Assembly: GCA_965205865.1 (NCBI GenBank)
Contig: CBDBHR010000030.1
Span: 896,001-960,000 of the forward strand
Origin: a bacterium
GTDB lineage: Bacteria; SAR324; NAC60-12
Direction: 5' to 3'
Length of the DNA stretch: 64,000 bases
Position 1 is the stretch's first letter. Every line of letters begins with the position of its first letter. Shown here one piece after another: positions 47,981 to 58,420 of the stretch. The position numbers and the translations under genes are program-made. Below the pieces are notes generated by a model, which was not told where the DNA came from, did no database searches, and saw only the letters and a program-made list of their open reading frames with translations.

Positions 47981-49393
47981 ATGAAGGATTTTGAATTCTT
48001 TGAGCAACTGTATCAATATTTGTCGAATCTCCCACAATTCTCGCAACTGCAAAGATACAAGGACTCTTCCCTTATCGTCTCTGAAATCCCGAAACCGACG
48101 GTGCTCTATGACATTTATTTGGACAGGCTCCTGAGCCTCCTGGAAATTCCCCGAAACTCCGTCTCGCGCCATAAAGAGTTGTATTTTCTTTACCAATTGA
48201 TTCGTACGGTCGATCCTCACTACTTCACAAAGGAGTTGCTATCAGATGCTCTTTTCCGGTGTTATTCCCTGACGCCCCATCAAAAAAAACTCTTGCTCAA
48301 ATTCCTCTTTGCGTTTTTTGAGGTGCTGGTGCAATCCGAATTTTTCAAAACCGGCGACACTCACGTCACGGAGGAAGAGTTGGAAAAATGGCAACGCGCC
48401 CTTCCCGAGGGAAATGCCTGGAAAGTTGCTGAAATGTTTCGGGATTGGGGTGCCGGACTTGCTGTCAGTTGGTCCGGGTATCGCGTCTGGCACCGCTATA
48501 AACATGGCACTCTGCCTGCCGCTACCGATGACCCTTGGCGGTGGCGGCAGCTTTGCGCCGCTTGGGCTGATAAACAGAATGAATCCCAAATCTATCCGGA
48601 CCTGCTGGCCCAGGCATTTTCCGGAGAGTTTTCCCATCTGGGAATCCGGGGATATTGTGGAGAAACGCCTGATTGTCTCCATTGCCCCTTGCAAACCTCC
48701 TGTGATTGGAACAACAAGGCTTATTCGCTTGTAGAAAAGGAGGCGGTACCCGTAGTCATTCAGAAGCAAAAGATCGATGAGTTGTCAACTGCAACATTGG
48801 CTGCCTGGTTGTTTGCCGTAGAACAGCAGGATTACGAAAAATTGGAGAGCCAACTCTCCGAGAAACAAAACTCTTCACAAAATCCATTGCGCGCTCTGGA
48901 TCAAAAAACGGTCTATGAATTGGGAGAGACCCTGCCTCGGGTGGAATTGTTTGGCGAGAAAATGAAAGCGCTGCTGGAATTGTGCAAGCGTTACAACGAA
49001 GAAAAATTGATTCCCGGCGATCCATTCAGTTGCAGCGCGGATATTTTTCAGCATTTCCGATTTCAACTGCGTGATCTCAAGCAGGAAGTCTTCATTTTAG
49101 TCCTGCTCGATAACAAACACCAGTACCTCATCGAAAAAATAATTACCAAAGGGACCCTCAACAAAAGCCTGGTCCATCCACGAGAAGTGTTCAGTGCGGC
49201 TATAGAAAACCGGGCAGCGGCAATTATCTGCGTCCACAATCACCCCTCGGGAGATCCCAAAGCCTCGGAGGATGATATTCAAATCACTCGACGCCTGCAA
49301 GAGGTCGGAAAAATCGTCGGAATTCCTTTGTTGGATCATATCATTGTCGGCAACGACCGCCATTTCAGCTTTGCCGACGAAGGGTTGTTGTGA
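47981..49393 (+). CDS. radC: RadC (JAB/MPN) protein with long N-terminal extension
   Basis: LVHPREVF, HNHPSGD...SEDD, LLDHII. Confidence 0.85.
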   Translation: MKDFEFFEQLYQYLSNLPQFSQLQRYKDSSLIVSEIPKPTVLYDIYLDRLLSLLEIPRNSVSRHKELYFLYQLIRTVDPHYFTKELLSDALFRCYSLTPHQKKLLLKFLFAFFEVLVQSEFFKTGDTHVTEEELEKWQRALPEGNAWKVAEMFRDWGAGLAVSWSGYRVWHRYKHGTLPAATDDPWRWRQLCAAWADKQNESQIYPDLLAQAFSGEFSHLGIRGYCGETPDCLHCPLQTSCDWNNKAYSLVEKEAVPVVIQKQKIDELSTATLAAWLFAVEQQDYEKLESQLSEKQNSSQNPLRALDQKTVYELGETLPRVELFGEKMKALLELCKRYNEEKLIPGDPFSCSADIFQHFRFQLRDLKQEVFILVLLDNKHQYLIEKIITKGTLNKSLVHPREVFSAAIENRAAAIICVHNHPSGDPKASEDDIQITRRLQEVGKIVGIPLLDHIIVGNDRHFSFADEGLL

Positions 49394-49974
49394 AAAACGT
49401 GCAGGATCACTATTTCCACAGAGCGAAGAAAGAAGGGTACGTGGCCCGCTCTGTCTATAAATTGCAGGAAATCGATCAAAAACACCGCCTGTTGAAAAAA
49501 CGGGACCGGGTTCTGGATTTGGGATGCGCGCCGGGGTCATGGTTACAATACGCTGCCCGCAAAGTTGGTTCCCAGGGTGATGTGCTGGGTTTGGACGTCA
49601 TGCCGGTGACAATTGCGCTTCCTCCTCACGTCAACCTGCTGCAGTCCGACATATTCGAATACCAGACCGCTGAAACCCATTGGCGCTATTTTGATATCAT
49701 TCTCAGTGATATGGCTCCTCGCACCACCGGCATCTCCTCTGTCGATTGCCAACGTTCTTACAATCTATGTGAACAAGCCCTCCATCTGTCGGGACAAGTT
49801 CTCAGACCGAACGGTTCCTTGCTCGTGAAAATGCTGCAGGGAGACTTGTTATCGCAGCTACGCCAGCAGTTTCAGAAACAATTTCAAACCGTCAAAATTT
49901 GCAAGCCTCCCAGTTCCCGGCAGGAAAGCGTGGAAATTTTTCTCCTCGGAAAAGAATATCGTTGTCCTCAATGA
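49390..49974 (+). CDS. rlmE: 23S rRNA 2'-O-methyltransferase RlmE/FtsJ
   Basis: RSVYKL, DLGCAPGSW, SDMAP, KPPSSR.ES.E. Confidence 0.92.
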   Translation: MKNVQDHYFHRAKKEGYVARSVYKLQEIDQKHRLLKKRDRVLDLGCAPGSWLQYAARKVGSQGDVLGLDVMPVTIALPPHVNLLQSDIFEYQTAETHWRYFDIILSDMAPRTTGISSVDCQRSYNLCEQALHLSGQVLRPNGSLLVKMLQGDLLSQLRQQFQKQFQTVKICKPPSSRQESVEIFLLGKEYRCPQ

Positions 49975-50126
49975 AATATTGTATTCCGCGTTTGCATCTT
50001 CTATCTCGACAAAGTAAAAGACTCGAGGAACGAGTCGGAGACCAAACACTTTAAAGAAAATCTCTTCATGGCAAACAAAGAGACATGATCGCGAGATCAA
50101 AAAATAGATCACAAATCCAAAAGAAA

Positions 50127-51536
50127 ATGTCCCTCATTCATCCACCTGTAAAGCAAATATACTTCATAGGTATCTGTGGAACAGCCATGGCGCCTCTGGC
50201 AGTACTGCTCAAAAAACGCGGCTACCGGGTGAGGGGCTCTGATCAGAATATTTACCCTCCGATGAGCACTTTCCTGGAGCAGCATAACATCTCCATTCTC
50301 AACGGATTCCATGAAGACCATTTGCAAGATTCGCCGGATTTAGTGGTCATTGGCAATACGATGTTCCGTGGGAATCCGGAAGTGGAAAAGGTGTTGGATG
50401 CCGGGATGCTTTATTTTTCGATGCCAGAATTGCTGCGTGAATTTTTTATCCGGGGGAAGACATCCCTGGTGGTGACAGGAACCCACGGAAAGACAACCAC
50501 CACGTCGATGTTGGCTTGGATCTTTGAATGCGCGGGAAAAAATCCGGGGTTTCTCATTGGAGGGATTCCTGAAAATTTTGGCAGCAGTTGCCGGGAAAGT
50601 GGAGGAGAGTATTTTATTACCGAGGGCGACGAGTACGATACGGTTTTTTATGACAAACGCTCCAAATTCTTTCATTATCAGCCCCACCAACTTCTCATCA
50701 ACAATATTGAATTCGATCATGCGGATATCTTCGCGTCGCTGGAGGAAATTCTAAACGCGTTCCGGCTTTTACTACGGCTCGTTCCCCGCAACGGACTGAT
50801 TGTCGTCAATGGGGATGATGAGAATGCGATGGCGGTGATTGAATCCCGGCACTCACCCTGCATTTCCTTTGGTTTGGGTTGCCATTGTGACGCGCAAGCG
50901 CAAAATCTACATGTCACTCCCAAAGGCACTGCCTTTTCCTTGAAATGGCCGGGACGTTGTGAATATGATTTCCACGTTCCCCTATTTGGTGAATTCAATG
51001 TCCGAAATGCAACGGGCGCCCTGGTCTTGGCCCTCTACAATGGCATTGCATTGGAAGTGATTCAAAAGGCCTTCGATCGATTCTCCAACGTCAAGCGTCG
51101 TCAGGAATTGAGGGGTATTCGCCAGGGAGTGCACGTTTACGATGATTTCGCGCATCATCCCACGGCAGTGAGAGAAACTCTGCAGGCACTCCGGCAAAAG
51201 CACCCGCATCAGCGTCTGATTGCTGTTTTTGAACCCCGCAGCAATACCAGTGTTTTGAAAATCCATCAAACTCACTTGATTGCCTCCTTCGAGCAAGCGG
51301 ATGAAGTTTTGCTGGCCTATCCTCACCGAATGGAGCAAATTCCTTGCAGCGAACGTCTGGACGTGGAAATGATTGTTTCCAGCATCCAACAACAGGGTAA
51401 AAATGCGGCCGCATTTCATAAACCCTCTGAAATCATTCAACACTTGACGCAATACAGTCAGAACGGAGATGTCGTTTTGGTCATGAGTAATGGAAAATTT
51501 GGCAATATTCATCAATTACTATTAGAATCCCTGTGA
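50127..51536 (+). CDS. mpl: Murein peptide ligase Mpl
   Basis: GICGTAM, GTHGKTTT, EGDEYD, DDFAHHPT, FEPRSN. Confidence 0.9.
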   Translation: MSLIHPPVKQIYFIGICGTAMAPLAVLLKKRGYRVRGSDQNIYPPMSTFLEQHNISILNGFHEDHLQDSPDLVVIGNTMFRGNPEVEKVLDAGMLYFSMPELLREFFIRGKTSLVVTGTHGKTTTTSMLAWIFECAGKNPGFLIGGIPENFGSSCRESGGEYFITEGDEYDTVFYDKRSKFFHYQPHQLLINNIEFDHADIFASLEEILNAFRLLLRLVPRNGLIVVNGDDENAMAVIESRHSPCISFGLGCHCDAQAQNLHVTPKGTAFSLKWPGRCEYDFHVPLFGEFNVRNATGALVLALYNGIALEVIQKAFDRFSNVKRRQELRGIRQGVHVYDDFAHHPTAVRETLQALRQKHPHQRLIAVFEPRSNTSVLKIHQTHLIASFEQADEVLLAYPHRMEQIPCSERLDVEMIVSSIQQQGKNAAAFHKPSEIIQHLTQYSQNGDVVLVMSNGKFGNIHQLLLESL

Positions 51537-52921
51537 CTACGCGGAGCCTCTCTAACCTGGAAGACCGGATGTCCCGAGAAAAAAAAAATGCATCCGCATT
51601 GGCGCGCGGGAAGCAAGAATTTTATTCGCCTGAAGAACTGGAAGCGCTTGAAAAGCGGGGGGTGTCACTCCCTTCCCCTTTCCATGTCTGCCTGGGCCGT
51701 GAGGTGCCATTGCAGCATGTTGGCAAAGGAACGGTGCTTTATCCTTTCAGCCGGATCACGGGCAGTCGAACCTGCATCCATCCCAAAGCTCAAATCGGAC
51801 CTCGAGGGGCGGTGGTGCTGGAAAACAGTACAGTGGGCACGGAGTCGGTGATCGGCAATCAGGGACCTGTCAGTTTAATTGACAGCCACACCGGTCCCCA
51901 AACCGTTTTGGGAAGCGGAACAGCCGAACAGACAGTTTTTTTGGGAAAAGAGACGCGAACCAATGATTTCACCACCGGTGTTGGTTTCCGAGCGCGCAAA
52001 GGAACACTCTATGAAGAAGACGCGTCTTCCGCGCAGCATACCGATACCAAAATGACTATTTTATCCCCTTGGGTCACCTTGGGAAGCAATCTCAATCTTT
52101 GCGATTTGATACTGACAGGCGGCATGGGTCCGGAAATAGGTAAATTTACGGAAGTAGGAAGCGGAACGGTTCACTTCAACTTTACTATCCGGGGGGACAA
52201 AGCGACGGCGTCTTTATTCGGCAATGTGCCGGCCGGCGTATTTTTACGGGAAAAACGTTTATTCGTTGGAGGCAACAATAGTCTGCTCGGGCCACTGCAA
52301 GCGGAGTTTGGCGCCTTGACCGCAGCGGGCGCGCGCATTGCAGGCGATTTAAAAAAAGGCTTGAATTTGGGACAAGCGCTGCCCGTGGGGGAGCGGGAAT
52401 ACGATCCCCGGGTATTCTTCAAAAGCAAGGAAATCGTGGAACGGCAGGTGCACTTCGTTGCGCAATTGGTCGCCTTGTTTCACTGGTATGAAGCAGTGCG
52501 TTTTCGTCTCGCGCAATCGGACCCGGAACGATTGACTCTCTATCAAGCGGCACAGCAAATCCTCGTTTTGAATATTCACGAGCGTATCACCCAAATTGGA
52601 TCTTTTATAGAAGCCCTGGAAACCTCCATTCATCTTCTCCGGCAACAACCCCTTCCCCTTCGCGAAACCATCAAAGAACAAAAAATCCTGCTGCAGCACT
52701 GGCCCCGATTGAAACGGCATTTACAAGGTTTTGAAGAACATTTCCGGGAAATTCCTTCCCTGCTGGCCAATGCCTTGCAGGAGAGCGCCTGCCGTCACGG
52801 TCCTCACTATACCCGGATCATCCGAAATTTGCCCCGAAACTGCAAAGATTCAGGAAAATCCTGGCTCGAATCCATCGTTCACCGCAGTGAGTATTTTTTC
52901 AAAAGTGAACTGAAGTTTTAG
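51533..52921 (+). CDS. GlmU C-terminal-like (hexapeptide/LbH) hypothetical protein
   Basis: Gly-rich beta-helix-like repeats, EVGSGTVHFNF, FVGGN; no N-terminal nucleotidyltransferase motif. Confidence 0.6.
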   Translation: MTTRSLSNLEDRMSREKKNASALARGKQEFYSPEELEALEKRGVSLPSPFHVCLGREVPLQHVGKGTVLYPFSRITGSRTCIHPKAQIGPRGAVVLENSTVGTESVIGNQGPVSLIDSHTGPQTVLGSGTAEQTVFLGKETRTNDFTTGVGFRARKGTLYEEDASSAQHTDTKMTILSPWVTLGSNLNLCDLILTGGMGPEIGKFTEVGSGTVHFNFTIRGDKATASLFGNVPAGVFLREKRLFVGGNNSLLGPLQAEFGALTAAGARIAGDLKKGLNLGQALPVGEREYDPRVFFKSKEIVERQVHFVAQLVALFHWYEAVRFRLAQSDPERLTLYQAAQQILVLNIHERITQIGSFIEALETSIHLLRQQPLPLRETIKEQKILLQHWPRLKRHLQGFEEHFREIPSLLANALQESACRHGPHYTRIIRNLPRNCKDSGKSWLESIVHRSEYFFKSELKF

Positions 52922-53031
52922 ATTTAAAGAAATTTTCAAGCTATAATGTCGCAGTTGAAAGTCATGCTTGAAGATGAACAAGGTCTCAAAGTGGTCCAAA
53001 CAGAATTCCATCTCCGGGAGCCATTGCGGGT

Positions 53032-54324
53032 ATGACGCTCAAGGGTAAAACAATTGAGTTTGAGACCGAAAAACTGGTTTTTGGGGGGACTGCGCTTGGC
53101 CGTTACCAGAACAAAGTCGTTTTTGTTTACAATGCCTTGCCAGGAGAGCGGGTCAAAGCCTGGGTCAACCAGGACAAACGGGATTATGCTCATGCCATTG
53201 TCACCGACGTTCTTGTCGCCTCTCCTTTTCGCCAGAATCCGCCGGAAGCCCATTTTTTATCCTGCAGTCCCTGGCAGATCATGGACCTTGTCCGGGAGAA
53301 CTTCTGGAAGCAGGAAATTATCCTGGAAGTGTTTCGGTCGATTGCAGGACTGGAATGGGAAGACATTAAGTTAAACGCGGAGGAGCAGCGATTTCATTAT
53401 CGCAATAAAATGGAGTTCAGTTTCCAGGAGGAATCGGGAAAAGTCTCGCTTGCCTTTTTCAAACGGGGACAAAAGCGAAAAGAAGCAATTCCTCAATGCA
53501 TCCTCGCGCATTCCGCCATCAATGAAGTGGCGCTGGAGGTGGTGGAAACATCGAATCGTTTCCGGGTTCCGGCGTCTTCTCTGAAAACCATGATCCTGCG
53601 CGGCAATCAGGCCGGAGAGATCATTGCGGCTTTATTTTGCAAAGATCCGCAAATCTCCCTAATGCCGGAAATCTCTGCGGACAGCGCCCTGAAAGGCTTC
53701 AGTCTTCATTATTCCGATCCTCGAAGTCCTGCTTCGGTTTCCACGGAGCTCTTATCCGGGCAGGGGGCTACCTATTTAACAGAGCGCGTGTTGGGGAAAC
53801 CGATGAGATTTGGAGTGATGAGCTTCTTTCAAGTGAATGTGACTTTATTCGAAAAAGTGCTGGAATCCATAAAAACTTTTGTGTCGGGTGAAGATGTCTT
53901 GGACTATTATTGCGGGGTTGGCGCCATTGGGATTGCGCTTTGTGAGGTGTTGAAGAGCTGCGTCATGGTGGACAGCAGTGAAGACTCCATTTTGAATGCT
54001 CAGGCAAATATTCAACTCAACGAACTGGCGCATTTTTCTGCTTATTGTGGCAAAGCGGAAAAACTCCTCGAGCACATTGTTCCTCATAAGGTGATCATCA
54101 TCGATCCTCCACGGAGCGGGATGCACCCCAAAGTGCTCAGGGTTTTACGGGAAAATCCACCCAAGCGCATTGTTTACCTTTCCTGTAACATTTCCACCTG
54201 CGCCAGAGATCTGAAGCAATTGGACAGAGAGTACCACCTGGTTCATAAGGAAGCTTACAATTTCTTTCCGGCAACCCCTCATATCGAATTTCTCGCAGTT
54301 CTCGATCGTAAAAAACCAGCATGA
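53032..54324 (+). CDS. rlmD: 23S rRNA m5U methyltransferase (RlmD/TrmA family)
   Basis: TRAM domain, YRNKMEF, SFFQVN, DYYCGVG, DPPRSG, YLSCN, FP.TPHIE. Confidence 0.88.
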   Translation: MTLKGKTIEFETEKLVFGGTALGRYQNKVVFVYNALPGERVKAWVNQDKRDYAHAIVTDVLVASPFRQNPPEAHFLSCSPWQIMDLVRENFWKQEIILEVFRSIAGLEWEDIKLNAEEQRFHYRNKMEFSFQEESGKVSLAFFKRGQKRKEAIPQCILAHSAINEVALEVVETSNRFRVPASSLKTMILRGNQAGEIIAALFCKDPQISLMPEISADSALKGFSLHYSDPRSPASVSTELLSGQGATYLTERVLGKPMRFGVMSFFQVNVTLFEKVLESIKTFVSGEDVLDYYCGVGAIGIALCEVLKSCVMVDSSEDSILNAQANIQLNELAHFSAYCGKAEKLLEHIVPHKVIIIDPPRSGMHPKVLRVLRENPPKRIVYLSCNISTCARDLKQLDREYHLVHKEAYNFFPATPHIEFLAVLDRKKPA

Positions 54325-54342
54325 GGACTATTGATGGAGGGA

Positions 54343-57054
54343 TCAAGACTTGAGGCGTTTGATCAAATCATGAAGATAAGTCTGCGATTGCAGGGGAGTC
54401 ATGTTGTTGAGTTCAAGCTCTTGTAATTCCCGAAGAAAGGGTGACTCATCGACAAACAGGTTCAGTTGCTCCGGGACTGGAGTCTGGTAGACCGGGGCGG
54501 GTTCTTTGACCTGCTTTTTGGGAGCAAGTGGGGAGGGTTGCTTTGCGCGACTGATGGGTTGGGGGAGGTGCGCTTCCAGGGAGGCCGATTCGAGTTTTGC
54601 CATCACCTCTATTGCCCGTTCGATAACAGAAGCCGGTAAGCCGGCCAACTTAGCCACCTGCACGCCATAGCTTTTATCCGCTTCACCCGGAACCACTTTG
54701 CGCATAAAAATAATCTGATCAGCTTCTTCTTTGATCAAGATATTGAAATTTTTCACCTTTTTCAATTGTTGCGCAATCGCGGTCATTTCGTGATAGTGGG
54801 TGGCGCAAAGGGTCAACGCTCCCTGGTTGTGCAGGTATTCCACAATCGACCAGGCGAGGCTGATGCCATCAAAGGTACTGGTTCCCCGGCCAATTTCATC
54901 GAGTATGATCAAACTGCGATCTGTCGCGTTGTTCAAAATAGCGGCGGCTTCGTTCATCTCGACCATGAAGGTGCTTTCTCCTTGACTGAGCTTGTCTGTG
55001 GCGCCGACTCGGGTAAAAACGCGGTCAACAATGGAAAATTCTGCGCAATCCGCAGGAATATAACTACCACATTGAGCCATCAGTACGATGAGGGCCACCT
55101 GGCGCATCAGGGTGGATTTGCCCGCCATGTTGGGACCGGTGATCAACATGATTTGCTGGTTGCTTTCATTCAGTTCCACGTCATTGGGAATGAAAGGTTC
55201 CTCAAAATCAATTTGTTCGATCACCGGGTGGCGACTCCCTTGTAAGCGCAATTGCCGCGCGGCATGCAATGAATGGAGTTGTGGACGAACATAATTATTG
55301 TTCTCTGCCACATAAGTCAAACTGGCCAACGCATCGAGCGTTGCAATATCGAGCGACGTTTTTTGAATGCGGGCCATGCGAGTCACCAGGATTTGTTTCA
55401 ATTGCCGGAACAACTCATACTCCAATTCACAAATTCGTTCTTCCGCGCCAAGAATTTTTTCTTCCAGTTCTTTCAATTCGGGAGTGACGTAACGCTCCGC
55501 ATTGACCAGCGTTTGTTTGCGAATGTATCGTTCAGGGACGTCTCCTCGACGCGTATTGCTCACTTCCAGATAATATCCGAACACTTTGTTGTATCCGATT
55601 TTCAGGGAAGAGAGACCTGTTAGTTCACGCTCTTTCTCCACCAACGCATTGAGGATTTGCCTGGTATTGCGGGAAAGGGCGCGGAGTCCATCCAACTCCT
55701 CCGAGAGACCATCCGCCATGAAATTGCCTTCCCGAAGTTTGCTGGCCGGTTCTGGCAATAATTGTGTCTCGAGCAGTTGCAACACGTCTTGCAAAGGATC
55801 GAACTGTTGTTGAATCTCTTGAAGTAATGGAGATTGGAGGTATTGGAGGAAGTCGGGCAATTCAGTGACGGGAAACAAAGATTCTCTCAGTCCCACCAAA
55901 TCGTTGATGCCGGCAACAGGCAGGCTGATACGTCCGGCAATTCGTGGCAGGTCTTGGATCCGCTTCAATTGGGTACGCAGTTCTACGCAGAGAATAAACT
56001 GGTTGCGCAATTCTTCAATGCTCTCAAAACGCCTCTCGATTTGCTCCTTGTCCAACAAAGGTTGACGCAGCCACTGCCTCAAAAGTCGGGCCCCCATGGC
56101 GGTGCAGGTCTGGTTGAGCACTCCAAACAGGGTATGCCGGTCATTCCCGCCGTGGCTTTCGTATATTTCCAAATTGGATATGGTGGTCTCGTCCAGCAGC
56201 ATGAAATTTTCAAAGGAGTGCTGCTTGATGTGGGTTATATGGTGAAGGTCACTTTTTTGAGTTTCAGCGAGATAGCGTAAAAGCGCTCCTGCTGCTGCAA
56301 TTCCGGAAACTCGAGAAGCGATACCGAAGCCTGACAGGTTGAGAGTCTTGAAATGCGATTTGAGCAATTTTTCTGCAGCATCCTGGTCGAAATAATAAGG
56401 ATCCAGAAAACTCATAGCGGGCGGAGGTTGCGACGCTTTTTGAAGCAACCTTTCCATTTGTCGGGTGAAATCTTCTAAAAATTCGCTTTCTGCGGGAGAA
56501 CGGCTTTGGGAAAATAAGATTTCCTGAGGCGCCACTTGAAAGAGAAAATCGTAAATACGGGTCATTTCGCTGAGAGAGAACTCCAGTAATTCAAATTCTC
56601 CGGTGGATACGTCCACTAAGGCCAATCCCATACAATGACGCTGTATCACGAGACAGACGGCTACCAGGTAATGGTTGCGGTCCGCATGGATCAACTGGGG
56701 AGAAACCGTCGTACCGGGCGTGACAATGCGGACAATATCCCGTTTGACGAGTCCTTTTGCCTGAGCCGGATCTTGCATTTGTTCACAGATGGCAACCTTG
56801 AACCCGGCTGCCGTCAGTTTATTCAAATACTGTTCATAAGCGTGAAAAGGAACCCCGCACATCGGTATGGCGTTTTTCCTGTTTTTATCCCGCGAAGTCA
56901 ATGCTATCTGAAGGACTTTGGCGGCACGCACGGCATCTTCACCAAACATTTCGTAAAAATCCCCCATGCGGAAAAATAAAATTTTGTCGGGATGTTCATT
57001 TTTCAGAGCATTGAATTGCCGCATCATCGGCGTTTCTGCTTCAGGAATCCTCAT
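54343..57054 (-). CDS. mutS: DNA mismatch repair protein MutS
   Basis: TPMMRQ, GDFYEMF, TGPNMAGKST, STFMVEM, DEIGRGTST. Confidence 0.97.
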   Translation of the reverse strand: MRIPEAETPMMRQFNALKNEHPDKILFFRMGDFYEMFGEDAVRAAKVLQIALTSRDKNRKNAIPMCGVPFHAYEQYLNKLTAAGFKVAICEQMQDPAQAKGLVKRDIVRIVTPGTTVSPQLIHADRNHYLVAVCLVIQRHCMGLALVDVSTGEFELLEFSLSEMTRIYDFLFQVAPQEILFSQSRSPAESEFLEDFTRQMERLLQKASQPPPAMSFLDPYYFDQDAAEKLLKSHFKTLNLSGFGIASRVSGIAAAGALLRYLAETQKSDLHHITHIKQHSFENFMLLDETTISNLEIYESHGGNDRHTLFGVLNQTCTAMGARLLRQWLRQPLLDKEQIERRFESIEELRNQFILCVELRTQLKRIQDLPRIAGRISLPVAGINDLVGLRESLFPVTELPDFLQYLQSPLLQEIQQQFDPLQDVLQLLETQLLPEPASKLREGNFMADGLSEELDGLRALSRNTRQILNALVEKERELTGLSSLKIGYNKVFGYYLEVSNTRRGDVPERYIRKQTLVNAERYVTPELKELEEKILGAEERICELEYELFRQLKQILVTRMARIQKTSLDIATLDALASLTYVAENNNYVRPQLHSLHAARQLRLQGSRHPVIEQIDFEEPFIPNDVELNESNQQIMLITGPNMAGKSTLMRQVALIVLMAQCGSYIPADCAEFSIVDRVFTRVGATDKLSQGESTFMVEMNEAAAILNNATDRSLIILDEIGRGTSTFDGISLAWSIVEYLHNQGALTLCATHYHEMTAIAQQLKKVKNFNILIKEEADQIIFMRKVVPGEADKSYGVQVAKLAGLPASVIERAIEVMAKLESASLEAHLPQPISRAKQPSPLAPKKQVKEPAPVYQTPVPEQLNLFVDESPFLRELQELELNNMTPLQSQTYLHDLIKRLKS

Positions 57055-57267
57055 TGTTTCCTGTTTCCATGGTCATTTGAAGTTCTTGGCTCGTTTCCCA
57101 CTCAATGGATGCGCGGGCATTAGCAATCTCAGGTTTATAGAACCTCTCCTTGTTTGTCAAATTGGATTATGTTGAATAAATCCCTTGCTTTGTATAAGCT
57201 CGATTTTTAATCCCAATGGCATTTTGTTCCGTCCCTTTCCACTCGAGAGTATTTCCGGGGAGTGATT

Positions 57268-57807
57268 ATGCTTTCTTTCAAAGCATTGCATATTATTGCA
57301 GTCGTGGTTTGGTTCAGTGGTCTGTTTTATATCGGGCGCTTGTTTGTTTACCATCAGGAAGCCAACCAGCGTGCCGAAGCGGAACGCCGGGTTTTGAAAC
57401 CACAATTTGCCCTGATGGAAAAGCGGCTCTGGTATGCAATCACCTGGCCCGGAATGATAGGCACCGTCATCACGGGGTTAATGCTTCTTTATTATTGGGG
57501 AATCCCGGGATGGATCCATGCCAAACTAATCCTGGTTGCCATCTTACTCGGCTATCATGGAGCCTGTGGCAGCGTGAGACGGCAGCTTTTGAGCGATCGC
57601 TGTTCCTGGAGTAGCCGAAAATTGAGGATGTTCAATGAAATCCCTTCATTGCTCTTGGTGACAATTGTGTTTGCGGTGGTATTGAAGGAGCAACTATCGT
57701 GGCCGATTTTATTGTTGGGAATTGCCGGATTGGCAATGGTCATTATGGGTGCGGCGCAATTGTATGCCAAAGTGAGAAAACGCCGGATTGACACCACGTC
57801 ATCGTAA
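57268..57807 (+). CDS. hemJ: Protoporphyrinogen oxidase HemJ
   Basis: KALHII.VV.WFSGLFY..RLFVYH, MEKRL, W.HAKL, NEIP. Confidence 0.92.
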   Translation: MLSFKALHIIAVVVWFSGLFYIGRLFVYHQEANQRAEAERRVLKPQFALMEKRLWYAITWPGMIGTVITGLMLLYYWGIPGWIHAKLILVAILLGYHGACGSVRRQLLSDRCSWSSRKLRMFNEIPSLLLVTIVFAVVLKEQLSWPILLLGIAGLAMVIMGAAQLYAKVRKRRIDTTSS

Positions 57808-58025
57808 CTTCAAGTCCTTATCTGCTGAATGCCCAAGCTCCCTATTGGAAAATAATAGATGGAGAGTGCTCACTCCCACACAACGGCTTTGTAGTGAGCG
57901 GCATCCGGCAGCTTTTGATTGAAATCCGGGCTTTAAATTGAGCGAAAATGTATTGAGATGTCAACCCATATAAGGCCCCTAAAGGGTCTTGATATGAATT
58001 GAAACGGCTGAGCCACTGAAATTAT

Positions 58026-58102
<77 letters not shown>

Positions 58103-58116
58103 ATGTTGAGGGATTT

Positions 58117-58193
58117 TGGAGCGGGAGACGAGCTTCGAACTCGCGACCCTCAGCTTGGAAGGCTGACGCTCTGGCCAACTGAGCTACTCCCGC
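58117..58193 (-). tRNA. tRNA-Gly(TCC)
   Basis: GCGGGAG...TCAGC-CTTCCAA-GCTGA...TTCGAA...CTCCCGC TCCA. Confidence 0.95.
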
Positions 58194-58420
58194 TCTGCAA
58201 AAAAAAAGATTAGATAGTTTTTATAAAGATGTCAAGATTTTTTTGTGATTATCCGCAAAAGTCCGTGCCCTCTGAAAAGGGCAAGCGCAAGGGTTGCCCC
58301 TACCATGGAAAAACAATGCGCCCCTATCCCCACGAAAATCCGAAGTTCAGATACACCCTCTCCAAGGAATTCGTGGTCCCCAAAATTACCATCTGAGGAC
58401 TAGTTGGTAGAGTCTGGCTC

